This document shows positions 40,054 to 48,489 of a DNA stretch of 64,000 bases, piece by piece. The notes under the pieces were generated by a model. That model did not search any database, was not told the origin of the DNA, and worked only from the letters and a program-made list of their open reading frames with translations. This DNA comes from Pelagibacteraceae bacterium AG-337-I02. GTDB lineage: Bacteria > Pseudomonadota > Alphaproteobacteria > HIMB59 > GCA-002718135. The stretch's first letter is position 1; each line of letters begins with the position of its first letter. The position numbers and the translations under genes are program-made. The stretch is from NCBI GenBank assembly GCA_003282155.1, contig QBZY01000001.1:18917-82916 (forward strand), read 5' to 3'.

Positions 40054-40848
40054 ATGAAAATTATTCATTTATCTGATCCACATATTTATACTGATAAAAT
40101 ACATAGTATCGATCCAGTAGATAGATTTAAAAAAGCATTAGATCATATTATAATAAATCATAGCGATGCTGACCTTTTTGCAATTACAGGAGATATTACT
40201 GATCTAGGAGATAAAGAATCATATCAATTATTTATAGAGATAATTAAAGAAAAAAAATTACCTCAAAAATTAAAACCTCAACTTATTATTGGTAACCATG
40301 ACAACCGAGAGGAATTTAAAATTAACTTCCCTTCAGTGGAAACAGATAACAATGGTTTTGTTCAATATTTTATCGACAGAGAGGATAAGAGATTTATTTT
40401 TATCGATACAAATTTAATCAATACACATGCAGGTCATTATTGTGAGGATAGACAAGAATGGTTCACAAAAATATTAAATGAAACATCCAAAAATAAAAAT
40501 ATTTATGTTTTTATGCATCATAATCCTCTTGCTTTGGTAAAGGATGAAAGTGATGGGATAGGGTTAAAACAAAAAGAAGAGTTTAAAAAAATTATATTTA
40601 GTAATAAAGAAAAAATTAAGCATATTTTCTTTGGCCATCAACATATTACAAGTTCTGGTTCATATGGTGGTATTACTTTTTCGTCTCCAAGAAGTACTTG
40701 GTCTCCTCTGATACCTAACTTTTCAAATGAATATCGTTTAGGAACAGCTAACACAGATACAAATTATAATGTTGCAATAATTCGATCAGATGCTTTAGTT
40801 ATTCATACAGAAGATTTTTTAAAAACAGAAGTTAATTGGTTTAAATAA
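40054..40848 (+). CDS. Calcineurin-like metallophosphoesterase (GpdQ/CpdA-type phosphodiesterase)
   Basis: Motifs LSDPH, GDITDLGD, GNHDN, MHHNP and GHQH. 264 aa. Confidence 0.75.
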   Translation: MKIIHLSDPHIYTDKIHSIDPVDRFKKALDHIIINHSDADLFAITGDITDLGDKESYQLFIEIIKEKKLPQKLKPQLIIGNHDNREEFKINFPSVETDNNGFVQYFIDREDKRFIFIDTNLINTHAGHYCEDRQEWFTKILNETSKNKNIYVFMHHNPLALVKDESDGIGLKQKEEFKKIIFSNKEKIKHIFFGHQHITSSGSYGGITFSSPRSTWSPLIPNFSNEYRLGTANTDTNYNVAIIRSDALVIHTEDFLKTEVNWFK

Positions 40849-40851
40849 AAA

Positions 40852-41958
40852 TTATTTTTTTTCGATGACAAATATTTCATTGTTAAAATAAAGACCTTTA
40901 TTTTTAGCAACAATTTTTTGAACTACTTTTTCGTAATTTTTTGTTTTTTCTACCTTCATAACTTTATCATCATCCATTTGATTAACATATATGGAAGCAT
41001 TCCAAGCAGAAAAAATTAAGGATGTCGCTATACCTCCACTGATTTCTGTTGGTAGAGCTCTCAGTTTGCATTTAATAATTCTTTTTTCTCCAAAAGATAA
41101 AGTGCTTAATAAATCTTTATCTAAATTTTTCTTAAGATAAGAAATGATACTATTTCCAAGAGAAGGAAATGGGTCTTCTTTTGGCCAAATTTTACGAATT
41201 ATTTCATTAGCAGGATCTTTTCCTGAAGCATGAATAGTTAATAATTTCCCTTTTGATTTAAGCGCTCTAATCATTGGTTCAATGACATATTTTGATTTCT
41301 TTTCTGCTGAAATTCTTGAACGATAAGGCTGTGAAGCAATAATAAGATCAAATTTATTATCTGATTTTTTTTTGGTAGGGATTAATTCATTAACATTAAA
41401 TTCTTGATCTTCGCGGTAGATAACCATGACTGAAGGCTCTTTATAAGTATGATTACCTGACTTTTTATTAATTTCTATATTCCATTTTTTTTCTAAAAAT
41501 TCATTTTGTTTTCTTAATTGTTGGGCAAATTCAAGAGAGGTCTCACCTTTTAATTTAATAATATTCCAATTAATTTTTTTCTGTTTAACTTCATTTTTTG
41601 ATTTTAGATTTGCGGCTTCCGCGTAGTGTAAATTTGAAATGACAAAAACAGTATTCTTATGCTCAACGAACCTATCGGGTAATTTTTCTAAACCTAATCT
41701 TACATCTTCTATGCTTATTTCTTTTGTGCAAACTAATAGAGGTACGTTAGGCCTAGCCTCGTGGCACTGACGCATTACATTCATAAGTAAAGAACCATCC
41801 CCCATACCAGCATCAAATATTTTTAAACCAGGTTTTTGAGGTTTAATTTTATTTACATGAGGACGTATCGCATCGGCAATTTGATTTTTTTCATTTGTTG
41901 TAGTTACAAATAATAAATATTTTTGTCTGTTATCATAAAACCTGAAATTTTTTTTCAT
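40852..41958 (-). CDS. Methyltransferase-like protein with a large insertion (unassigned family)
   Basis: 368 aa. SAM motif-I-like IFDAGMGDGS (aa ~47-56). FDLIIASQPY (aa ~203-212) resembles the (D/N/S)PPY motif IV of amino-group methyltransferases but lies about 145 aa away rather than the usual ~60-70. Confidence 0.4.
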   Translation of the reverse strand: MKKNFRFYDNRQKYLLFVTTTNEKNQIADAIRPHVNKIKPQKPGLKIFDAGMGDGSLLMNVMRQCHEARPNVPLLVCTKEISIEDVRLGLEKLPDRFVEHKNTVFVISNLHYAEAANLKSKNEVKQKKINWNIIKLKGETSLEFAQQLRKQNEFLEKKWNIEINKKSGNHTYKEPSVMVIYREDQEFNVNELIPTKKKSDNKFDLIIASQPYRSRISAEKKSKYVIEPMIRALKSKGKLLTIHASGKDPANEIIRKIWPKEDPFPSLGNSIISYLKKNLDKDLLSTLSFGEKRIIKCKLRALPTEISGGIATSLIFSAWNASIYVNQMDDDKVMKVEKTKNYEKVVQKIVAKNKGLYFNNEIFVIEKK

Positions 41959-41960
41959 TA

Positions 41961-43073
41961 CTAATAAAGTCCCATTGATTTAGCAGAAGAGATGAAGGCT
42001 TCTTTATTGCCAATAAAGTTTTTACCTCGTTCCCCTAAAAACGCATCATCTACTATATTATTCCATTCTTGAACAGGAACTTTTATTTCATTTAAGTTAA
42101 GAGGAACCTCTAAAGAACGCATAAATTCACTCAGATGATTTGCGGCATTCTCTAGGTTATCGTTAAAAATTAATTTTAGTCTTTCTTCAGCTACACTATC
42201 AATTCCAACCATACTTTTAGTAATCATCGGTAAAGTAAATGAACAAGCAATACCATGCTGAATACCGTAATTGAGTGTCACAGGGTATGATAGATTGTGC
42301 GCAATAGCAGTTTTCGTATTGGAAAACGCTAAGCCAGCATGAACGCACGCCAATGCAATGTTTGAGCGTAATACAACATTTCTTAAATCTTTAGTGAGAA
42401 GTGGTAAATTTTCTAATACTAATTTTGATGCTTGTATTGCATGAGAGGCAGAAATTGGGTTCGCATTAATATTCCAAATACTTTCCATCGAATGGGAGAG
42501 AGCATCTAAACCAGTTGAAATGGTTAAGCCTAAAGGCTTATCAACCATAATAGATGGATCGATAATTGCTTTTTCTGCATAAAGAGATTTATGAGCCAAA
42601 GATAATTTATTGTTTTTTTCTTTATCCCAAATTGTGGCCCAACACGTAAGCTCACTCGATGTTCCTGAAGTTGTAGGTATTGCAATCATCTTGATTGGAT
42701 TTTCGACTCTTGGACTTTTCTTATTGCGAACGAAATCTGTTAGATATTCTTGTTTATCTTTAAATGCAGCAATTGCTTTAGCTGTGTCTGTAACAGAGCC
42801 ACCACCTATAGCTAAAATATAATCTACCGATTCATTCATTGAAGAAAATTTTTTTTGTAGCTCTAAAATATCCTTATAATCTGGATTAGGCTGAACATCC
42901 GTCATAATGGATAAGGGTGGATTTGAAGAAGATTTTAATTCATCGCTATATTTTTTAAAAATTTCTTCTGGATGAGTGATAATGATATAGTTCTTATTTT
43001 TAAGTGCATCATGTACTTCTTTAAATCTATTTTCTCCAAAGATAATTTCAACAGGGTTAAAATAGTTCCACAT
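41961..43073 (-). CDS. Iron-containing alcohol dehydrogenase, possibly phosphonoacetaldehyde reductase / 2-hydroxyethylphosphonate dehydrogenase-like
   Basis: 370 aa. GGGSVTDTAKAIA nucleotide motif and His-rich metal site (DALSHSMES, AIAHNLSYP, HGIACS). The family call is firm; the substrate is inferred from context. Confidence 0.75.
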   Translation of the reverse strand: MWNYFNPVEIIFGENRFKEVHDALKNKNYIIITHPEEIFKKYSDELKSSSNPPLSIMTDVQPNPDYKDILELQKKFSSMNESVDYILAIGGGSVTDTAKAIAAFKDKQEYLTDFVRNKKSPRVENPIKMIAIPTTSGTSSELTCWATIWDKEKNNKLSLAHKSLYAEKAIIDPSIMVDKPLGLTISTGLDALSHSMESIWNINANPISASHAIQASKLVLENLPLLTKDLRNVVLRSNIALACVHAGLAFSNTKTAIAHNLSYPVTLNYGIQHGIACSFTLPMITKSMVGIDSVAEERLKLIFNDNLENAANHLSEFMRSLEVPLNLNEIKVPVQEWNNIVDDAFLGERGKNFIGNKEAFISSAKSMGLY

Positions 43074-43077
43074 TACA

Positions 43078-44157
43078 TTAAATTGATTTTGCCGCTTTAG
43101 TTAAAATTGTCATTTTCTCAATTGCTTGTTCTCGCGTAAAGAAACCTAAACCACAATCTGGTGCAGCTATTAAACGGTGTTCATCAATATGTTCAAGTGA
43201 ATCTTTGATACGAACTCTTACTTCTTCAACAGTCTCCATTCTACTTTTTGCAATATCAATAAATCCAAAAATTACTTTTGTTTTAGTAAATTTTTCTAAA
43301 AGATTTAAATCATTATGCCTATGTGAATCTTCTAAAGATACTTCATCAATAGTTGAATCATCTACAAGTGAGGCAATTCTATCATAAGCATCTAGATCAG
43401 CCTTTTTATACCCTTCTGAATCTAATGAGTTAGGATAACCGCAACAAATATGGCAAACGCGTTGCACTTCTTTAGGTATACCATGCATCATTCTTTCTAA
43501 ATTTTCCATACCGTAAGAATGAGCTTCATCGGGCTTTCTAGCGAATACTGGTTCATCAATTTGAATATACTGACAGCCTGCATCTACAAGTGCTTTAACT
43601 TCTTTATTAAGTGCTAATGCTAAATCAAAACCAAGTTTTTTCATGTCATCATAGTAATTGTTGGCAATTGAATCTGTAATTGTCATTGGTCCAGGTAGCG
43701 TAATTTTAACTGGGTTTTTTGTAAATTGTTGTGCACTCTTCCAGTCTAAATGCATGCGTATTTCTTTACTTGAAATTGGTGCAACAATAGTTGGAAGATC
43801 AGCTTCAAACGCACCTTGTCTTACTGACTTATGTGTAACTTCTTTAAAACTCACTCCATTTAAAAAACGACATTGATATAATACGTAACTCTCACGTCTA
43901 ACTTCTCCATCTGTTGGAACATCAATTCCTGCATTTACTTGATCAGTTATAACTTCTTTAATTGCTGCTAAAAATAATTTTTCAGCATCCGCACCCGCAG
44001 ACTCTAACGCTTTTTCATATGCCCCAGGTGACCAATTTGATAATAACCCTTTTGAAGCTTTTCTCTCTTCTTCTGATTTTGTCCCTAAAAACCAATCTTG
44101 AATCGGCGTGTGTTTTGGTTTTGGATATGCACCTATAGTAGTAGTTGTAAGAGGCAT
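43078..44157 (-). CDS. MetE-like (cobalamin-independent methionine synthase catalytic-domain family) Zn-dependent alkyl/methyl transferase
   Basis: 359 aa single barrel. Zn ligand blocks CHICCGYP (HxC), VSLEDSH (E) and APDCGLGF (C). AGGAG Shine-Dalgarno 8 nt upstream. Confidence 0.72.
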   Translation of the reverse strand: MPLTTTTIGAYPKPKHTPIQDWFLGTKSEEERKASKGLLSNWSPGAYEKALESAGADAEKLFLAAIKEVITDQVNAGIDVPTDGEVRRESYVLYQCRFLNGVSFKEVTHKSVRQGAFEADLPTIVAPISSKEIRMHLDWKSAQQFTKNPVKITLPGPMTITDSIANNYYDDMKKLGFDLALALNKEVKALVDAGCQYIQIDEPVFARKPDEAHSYGMENLERMMHGIPKEVQRVCHICCGYPNSLDSEGYKKADLDAYDRIASLVDDSTIDEVSLEDSHRHNDLNLLEKFTKTKVIFGFIDIAKSRMETVEEVRVRIKDSLEHIDEHRLIAAPDCGLGFFTREQAIEKMTILTKAAKSI

Positions 44158-44187
44158 GACTTATTCTCCTGAATATCTTAAAATAAA

Positions 44188-44212
44188 ACAGCGGCTTTTA
44201 TAAAGCCGCTGT
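44188..44212 (-). terminator. Intra-operon intrinsic terminator / mRNA-stabilising hairpin after the binding-protein gene
   Basis: The minus strand reads ACAGCGGCTTT-ATA-AAAGCCGCTGT (11-bp perfect stem) followed by TTTATTTT. Starts 27 nt after the SBP stop. Confidence 0.65.
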
Positions 44213-44239
44213 AGTAAAAAGTTAACAATAAAGTAATCT

Positions 44240-45493
44240 CTATAAAAGATCCTCTATTTCTTCCATCATCTCTTCTTGAAGATCAGCCATATTATCTGCA
44301 CTACCTGTAGCAATTTCTTCAGTGTAATCATAGATTACCTGAGTTATTGCTAGACCGTTTTCACCAGGATATGCAAACCAATCAGCCAATAAAGGTAATT
44401 GATTTACAGCAGTTAGTTTGTTTGGATTTTTAGTATAAAAATCACCTAACAAATCATTGGCTGCTTTATTTGGTGGAACATATCCAGTAGTTTCAGCAAC
44501 TAAAGCTGCACCAATACCAGAAGTGATAAACTTTAAGAAAGTCCATGCAGCATCTACTCTTGCTGGATCATCAGATGTAGAAACTAACATCGCAGCATTT
44601 CCACCCGCTGGAAGTCTTGCTGGAGTTCCTCCGTTTACACCTGGCATTCCTGGAAATGGTGCTGTTTTAAGTTCAAAATCTGCTTTGGCTGCATTCACTG
44701 AACCTAAGCTTGATGTTGACCAGAAAAACATACCAATAGTGCCTGCATTAAATGCAGCTTGACCATCAGCAATTGAATAGTTTGGCATATTACAACCACT
44801 CATTATGTCATGCATTTGTTGTAAAGTTGCTAGACCAGCATCTCCACCCATATTAACAGCTCCATCTTTTACCATTGGAACATTTTGAGTGTGCATTAAA
44901 GCTTGGTGAAACCAGTTACCTGTAATATTCCAGCCAAAATATAAAGTTCCTTTTCCAGCTGCTGCTAATTTATTACAAGCTGCGATAACTTCGTCCCAGT
45001 TGGTTGGGATGCTATCTATACCTGCTTCAGCTAATAGATCCATGTTATAGTATCCAACAGGTGTTGATACAGAAAATGGTAACCCATATACATCACCACC
45101 AAAGGTAGATAAACTTAACATAGCAGAGTGATAACCATCTTTTTCAAAATCAGCTTCTCCTGCAATAAAAGGCTCTAATGATTTTGCAATCCCTTTATCA
45201 ACAAGTGGTGCTTGTCTGTTAAGACCTTGCATTGTTACATCTGGTAAATTACCTGAAGTAGACTCTCTGAAGATTGTTGCAGTTGCATCCTCATAGTTTT
45301 CATAAGTTGCTCTAAATTTAACTTGAATATCTGGATGTGCTTTTTCAAACTCTGGCATAATAGCTTGAAACGTAACGTCAAATAATCCAGAATAAGGATA
45401 AGCTACTTCTATTTCAATAGACTTAGCTGAATTAACAGAACCATAAAAACCAAAAGCTAGTACGGCTGCCAATCCTGTAATTAATTTTTTCAT
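44240..45493 (-). CDS. ABC transporter periplasmic substrate-binding protein, family 1 (UgpB/sugar type), probable organophosphonate/organophosphate binder
   Basis: 417 aa with a signal peptide (AAVLAFGFYGSVNSA). GGGAGGA Shine-Dalgarno. Sits between phnY and the unassigned trio. Confidence 0.82.
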   Translation of the reverse strand: MKKLITGLAAVLAFGFYGSVNSAKSIEIEVAYPYSGLFDVTFQAIMPEFEKAHPDIQVKFRATYENYEDATATIFRESTSGNLPDVTMQGLNRQAPLVDKGIAKSLEPFIAGEADFEKDGYHSAMLSLSTFGGDVYGLPFSVSTPVGYYNMDLLAEAGIDSIPTNWDEVIAACNKLAAAGKGTLYFGWNITGNWFHQALMHTQNVPMVKDGAVNMGGDAGLATLQQMHDIMSGCNMPNYSIADGQAAFNAGTIGMFFWSTSSLGSVNAAKADFELKTAPFPGMPGVNGGTPARLPAGGNAAMLVSTSDDPARVDAAWTFLKFITSGIGAALVAETTGYVPPNKAANDLLGDFYTKNPNKLTAVNQLPLLADWFAYPGENGLAITQVIYDYTEEIATGSADNMADLQEEMMEEIEDLL

Positions 45494-45545
45494 TTAATCC
45501 TCCCGATTGAATATAATAATTTAATCTAACATGTAGCTCCGAAGG

Positions 45546-45574
45546 GTTACAATTTTATTACGAAAATATTACTA
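45546..45574 (-). promoter_or_regulatory. Triple Pho-box-like repeat TAGTAAT-ATTT-TCGTAAT-AAAA-TTGTAAC
   Basis: Three 7-nt repeats in exact 11-bp phase, forward orientation, about 50 nt upstream of the SBP ATG. Confidence 0.5.
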
Positions 45575-45629
45575 AAAAATAAGCTTATTTTTCCACAGGA
45601 ATAAAAAAATTAGAGAAAAACTGGTTATT

Positions 45630-47072
45630 TTACCAAGGTAGCGAAAAGGTTTTTACATTAGTAAAACTTTTCATTGCTTCAATAACACCCTCTTTGTAAC
45701 CAAGACCTGAGTCTTTAATTCCTCCAAAAGGAGACATTTCAATTCTGTAGCCTGGAACCTCCCAAATATTTACCGTACCAACATTTAAACCTTGAATATA
45801 TTTTTTTGCTCGCATGAAGTTGTTTGTACATACTCCAGATGATAATCCGAATGCGGTTGAATTAGATATTTTCATTACAGCTTCATCGTCATTAGGCACA
45901 CGAATAATTGGGATAACTGGACCAAATGTTTCTTCTAAAACTAATTCACTTTTAGGATCAACATGATCTATAACTATTGGGGGTAACAAAGCGCCCTTTC
46001 TTCCAGGGTGATATAAAATTTTTGCACCATCTTCTTCAGCCATAGAAACTCTTTTATCAAAAAGTTCTGCAGCTTGAGCATTAACAACAGTACCTAAGTC
46101 TGTTTCCATATTCATAGGATCACCAAATTTAATTTTCTTAGCACGCTCAAGAGCCATCTCAACAAATTGATCTGCAATAGATTCTTGAACCAGTATTCTT
46201 TTAACAGCTGTACAACGTTGGCCAGAGTTTTTCGTTGCGCCAGTAACAGCTAGCTCAACAGCTTTTTTAAGATCATCACCATCTAAGTCATTTAAAACAA
46301 TTAATGGATCATTACCACCAAGCTCTAGAACTGTTCTTTTGTATCCAGCTTGTTCAGCAATTAATTTTCCTACACCTACACTGCCTGTAAAAGTAATGAG
46401 ATCAATATTTGGATTCTTAATCATTTCAGATCCAATATCTTGAGGCCATCCAGTTACAACTGAAAACATTTCTGGTGGTAAACCTGCTTCATATAAAACA
46501 TCAGCGAGTACCATTGCTGTTAAAGGTGTTAATTCTGTTTGTTTACATACAGTACAATTATTTGTTGCAATTGAAGGCGCAATTTTATGCGCTACCATAT
46601 TTAAAGGATGATTAAATGGAGTGATTGCTGAGATTGCTGTTAAAGGTTCTCTTATGGTAAATATTTTTCTCGCTTTTCCATGCGGGGTTAAATCACAAGA
46701 AAATATTTCACCATCATCATGAATACAAAGTTGTGCCGTTAACGAAAATACATCAAAAGCTCTTCCTACTTCGTATAAAGAATCTTGTTTTGAGATACCA
46801 AGCTCTAAAGTAATAATATCAGAAATTTCATCTTTTCTTTTAACAAGTACTTCTGCAGCAGTTTGAAGAATTTTTTGTCTCTCATATCTTGTAAGCTTAG
46901 GTTGGTAATTTGCAGCAATATCTAAAGCCTTTCTTGCATGCTCTGCAGTACCGGCTGGGACCGTTCCGATTACTTCACCTGTAAATGGGTACTCAACATT
47001 TATTGTTTTATCTGAAGTAACTTTTTCTCCAGCTATACGCATTGCTTCATTAATCATTTTTTTGTGCATCAT
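45630..47072 (-). CDS. phnY: Phosphonoacetaldehyde dehydrogenase (aldehyde dehydrogenase family)
   Basis: 480 aa ALDH with catalytic blocks ELGGNDP and [13 protein letters not shown] overlap with phnA upstream, the phnA-phnY pairing of the Sinorhizobium-type pathway. Confidence 0.78.
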   Translation of the reverse strand: MMHKKMINEAMRIAGEKVTSDKTINVEYPFTGEVIGTVPAGTAEHARKALDIAANYQPKLTRYERQKILQTAAEVLVKRKDEISDIITLELGISKQDSLYEVGRAFDVFSLTAQLCIHDDGEIFSCDLTPHGKARKIFTIREPLTAISAITPFNHPLNMVAHKIAPSIATNNCTVCKQTELTPLTAMVLADVLYEAGLPPEMFSVVTGWPQDIGSEMIKNPNIDLITFTGSVGVGKLIAEQAGYKRTVLELGGNDPLIVLNDLDGDDLKKAVELAVTGATKNSGQRCTAVKRILVQESIADQFVEMALERAKKIKFGDPMNMETDLGTVVNAQAAELFDKRVSMAEEDGAKILYHPGRKGALLPPIVIDHVDPKSELVLEETFGPVIPIIRVPNDDEAVMKISNSTAFGLSSGVCTNNFMRAKKYIQGLNVGTVNIWEVPGYRIEMSPFGGIKDSGLGYKEGVIEAMKSFTNVKTFSLPW

Positions 47073-48310
47073 AGGGCTCCATTAATTGCATAATAAAATG
47101 CATCATAGTTATATAATTGTTTGCTAGTATCTAAGTTTTGTAATTTTACATTTGATATGAATGGCACTTCTCTTTCATGGAGTCCACCATGAGAACGTAA
47201 AGGTTCATTTAATCCAGAAAGATTGTGTTTATCTTCAGATGAACCAATAGTCATAAATTCTGAAGACATACATATAATATCCCCCATTCTATCTGGAGGT
47301 AAATTATAAGTAGAGCATCCTTCGTCTTTTGTTAAAACAACTTCTATATCTTTTATTTCTTTAATAGTATTTACAACTGAATCTACCTTGCTCTTGTCTT
47401 CTAAATAAATTGTTGCAAAAGAACCAAGTGAACCATGATGAACGACATATGGATCTGTAATTGGTAGTATGACTTTAGCCATGTTTGGTTCAAATTTTTT
47501 ATCTAAATAATCTTGTAAAAATATTGCATTAGGTGAACCGTCTTCTTTTGATTTTGGTTTCATACCGTGATCTGCTGTAATGATTATAGAAACATTCTCC
47601 TTATTTAAAAGACCAATGTATTTATCAAACATTGCATAAAATTTATTTGCTGTTTCATTTCCCGGTGCATATTTGTGTTGAATATAATCCGTAGTCGATA
47701 AATACATAATATTTGGTTTAAACTCTTCAAGAAGTTTTACACCTGCAGCCATTACAAATTCAGAGAGTCCTTCAGAATATACTTCTGGCACTGGCATCCC
47801 CAACCAATTGTTTACATTATCTATACCATTGAGATCTTTTGTTGCTTGATCAGATTTTTCAGCAGAAAAACAAATAGCTCTCTCATTATCAAAACTTAAT
47901 CCGTTTCCTAAAAGTGTTCTCAACTTGTCTTTTGCAGTAACAAGCGCAATTTTTGAACCGGAATTGTAAAATTTTTCAAAAATAGTTGGTGCTCGCATAT
48001 ATTTTGGGTCATTCATCATTACTTCTTCACCAGTCTCAGGTGTATAAAAGAAGTTTCCGCATATACCGTGAACAGAACTTGGTTGGCCTGTTACAATGGA
48101 AATGTTATTTGGATTTGTAAAACTTGGAATAGCGCTGTGAACAAGTAGGTTTTCACCACTTGCAATTAATTTATCAAGATTTGGTGTAAGGTTAGATTTT
48201 GATGCTTCGTCGAGATACTCTTTTTGACTACCATCAAGGCATATAACAATAGCAGTTTTTGAGAAAGAGCTTGGATATTCTCTTTTATTAATTTCTAAAT
48301 TACCGGACAC
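47069..48310 (-). CDS. phnA: Phosphonoacetate hydrolase (alkaline-phosphatase superfamily)
   Basis: 413 aa. Metal/nucleophile blocks [15 protein letters not shown] and ITADHGM are characteristic of PhnA / nucleotide-pyrophosphatase-type enzymes. Confidence 0.83.
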   Translation of the reverse strand: MSGNLEINKREYPSSFSKTAIVICLDGSQKEYLDEASKSNLTPNLDKLIASGENLLVHSAIPSFTNPNNISIVTGQPSSVHGICGNFFYTPETGEEVMMNDPKYMRAPTIFEKFYNSGSKIALVTAKDKLRTLLGNGLSFDNERAICFSAEKSDQATKDLNGIDNVNNWLGMPVPEVYSEGLSEFVMAAGVKLLEEFKPNIMYLSTTDYIQHKYAPGNETANKFYAMFDKYIGLLNKENVSIIITADHGMKPKSKEDGSPNAIFLQDYLDKKFEPNMAKVILPITDPYVVHHGSLGSFATIYLEDKSKVDSVVNTIKEIKDIEVVLTKDEGCSTYNLPPDRMGDIICMSSEFMTIGSSEDKHNLSGLNEPLRSHGGLHEREVPFISNVKLQNLDTSKQLYNYDAFYYAINGAL

Positions 48311-48399
48311 GACTTCAACTGATATATATCATTAAAAATAAGAATTTATAGTTATCTGCTAGTTAAACTCAATCATAATTTGAATATTTGTTAATAAAA

Positions 48400-48417
48400 T
48401 TGAAATAAAACTGAAAT
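48400..48417 (+). promoter_or_regulatory. Pho-box-like repeat TTGAAAT-AAAA-CTGAAAT
   Basis: 7+4+7 architecture in the forward orientation, about 70 nt upstream of the ABC ATPase GTG. A further TTG lies one turn (12 nt) upstream. Confidence 0.4.
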
Positions 48418-48489
48418 AATTAGATTTATAATATTCTCAAATTTAATAAAATTTTGTAGATTAAATATAATTATAAGGGGGGAGATTAA

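Noticed and set aside
44158-44239. Possible SAM-II/SAM-V-type riboswitch in front of the MetE-like gene, since SAR11 uses such riboswitches on methionine genes.
   Set aside because: The only structure I can see is a simple perfect hairpin plus a U-tract, with no pseudoknot-type AAAGC/GCUUU arrangement beyond the stem itself. It is better explained as the SBP terminator. A covariance-model scan would settle it.
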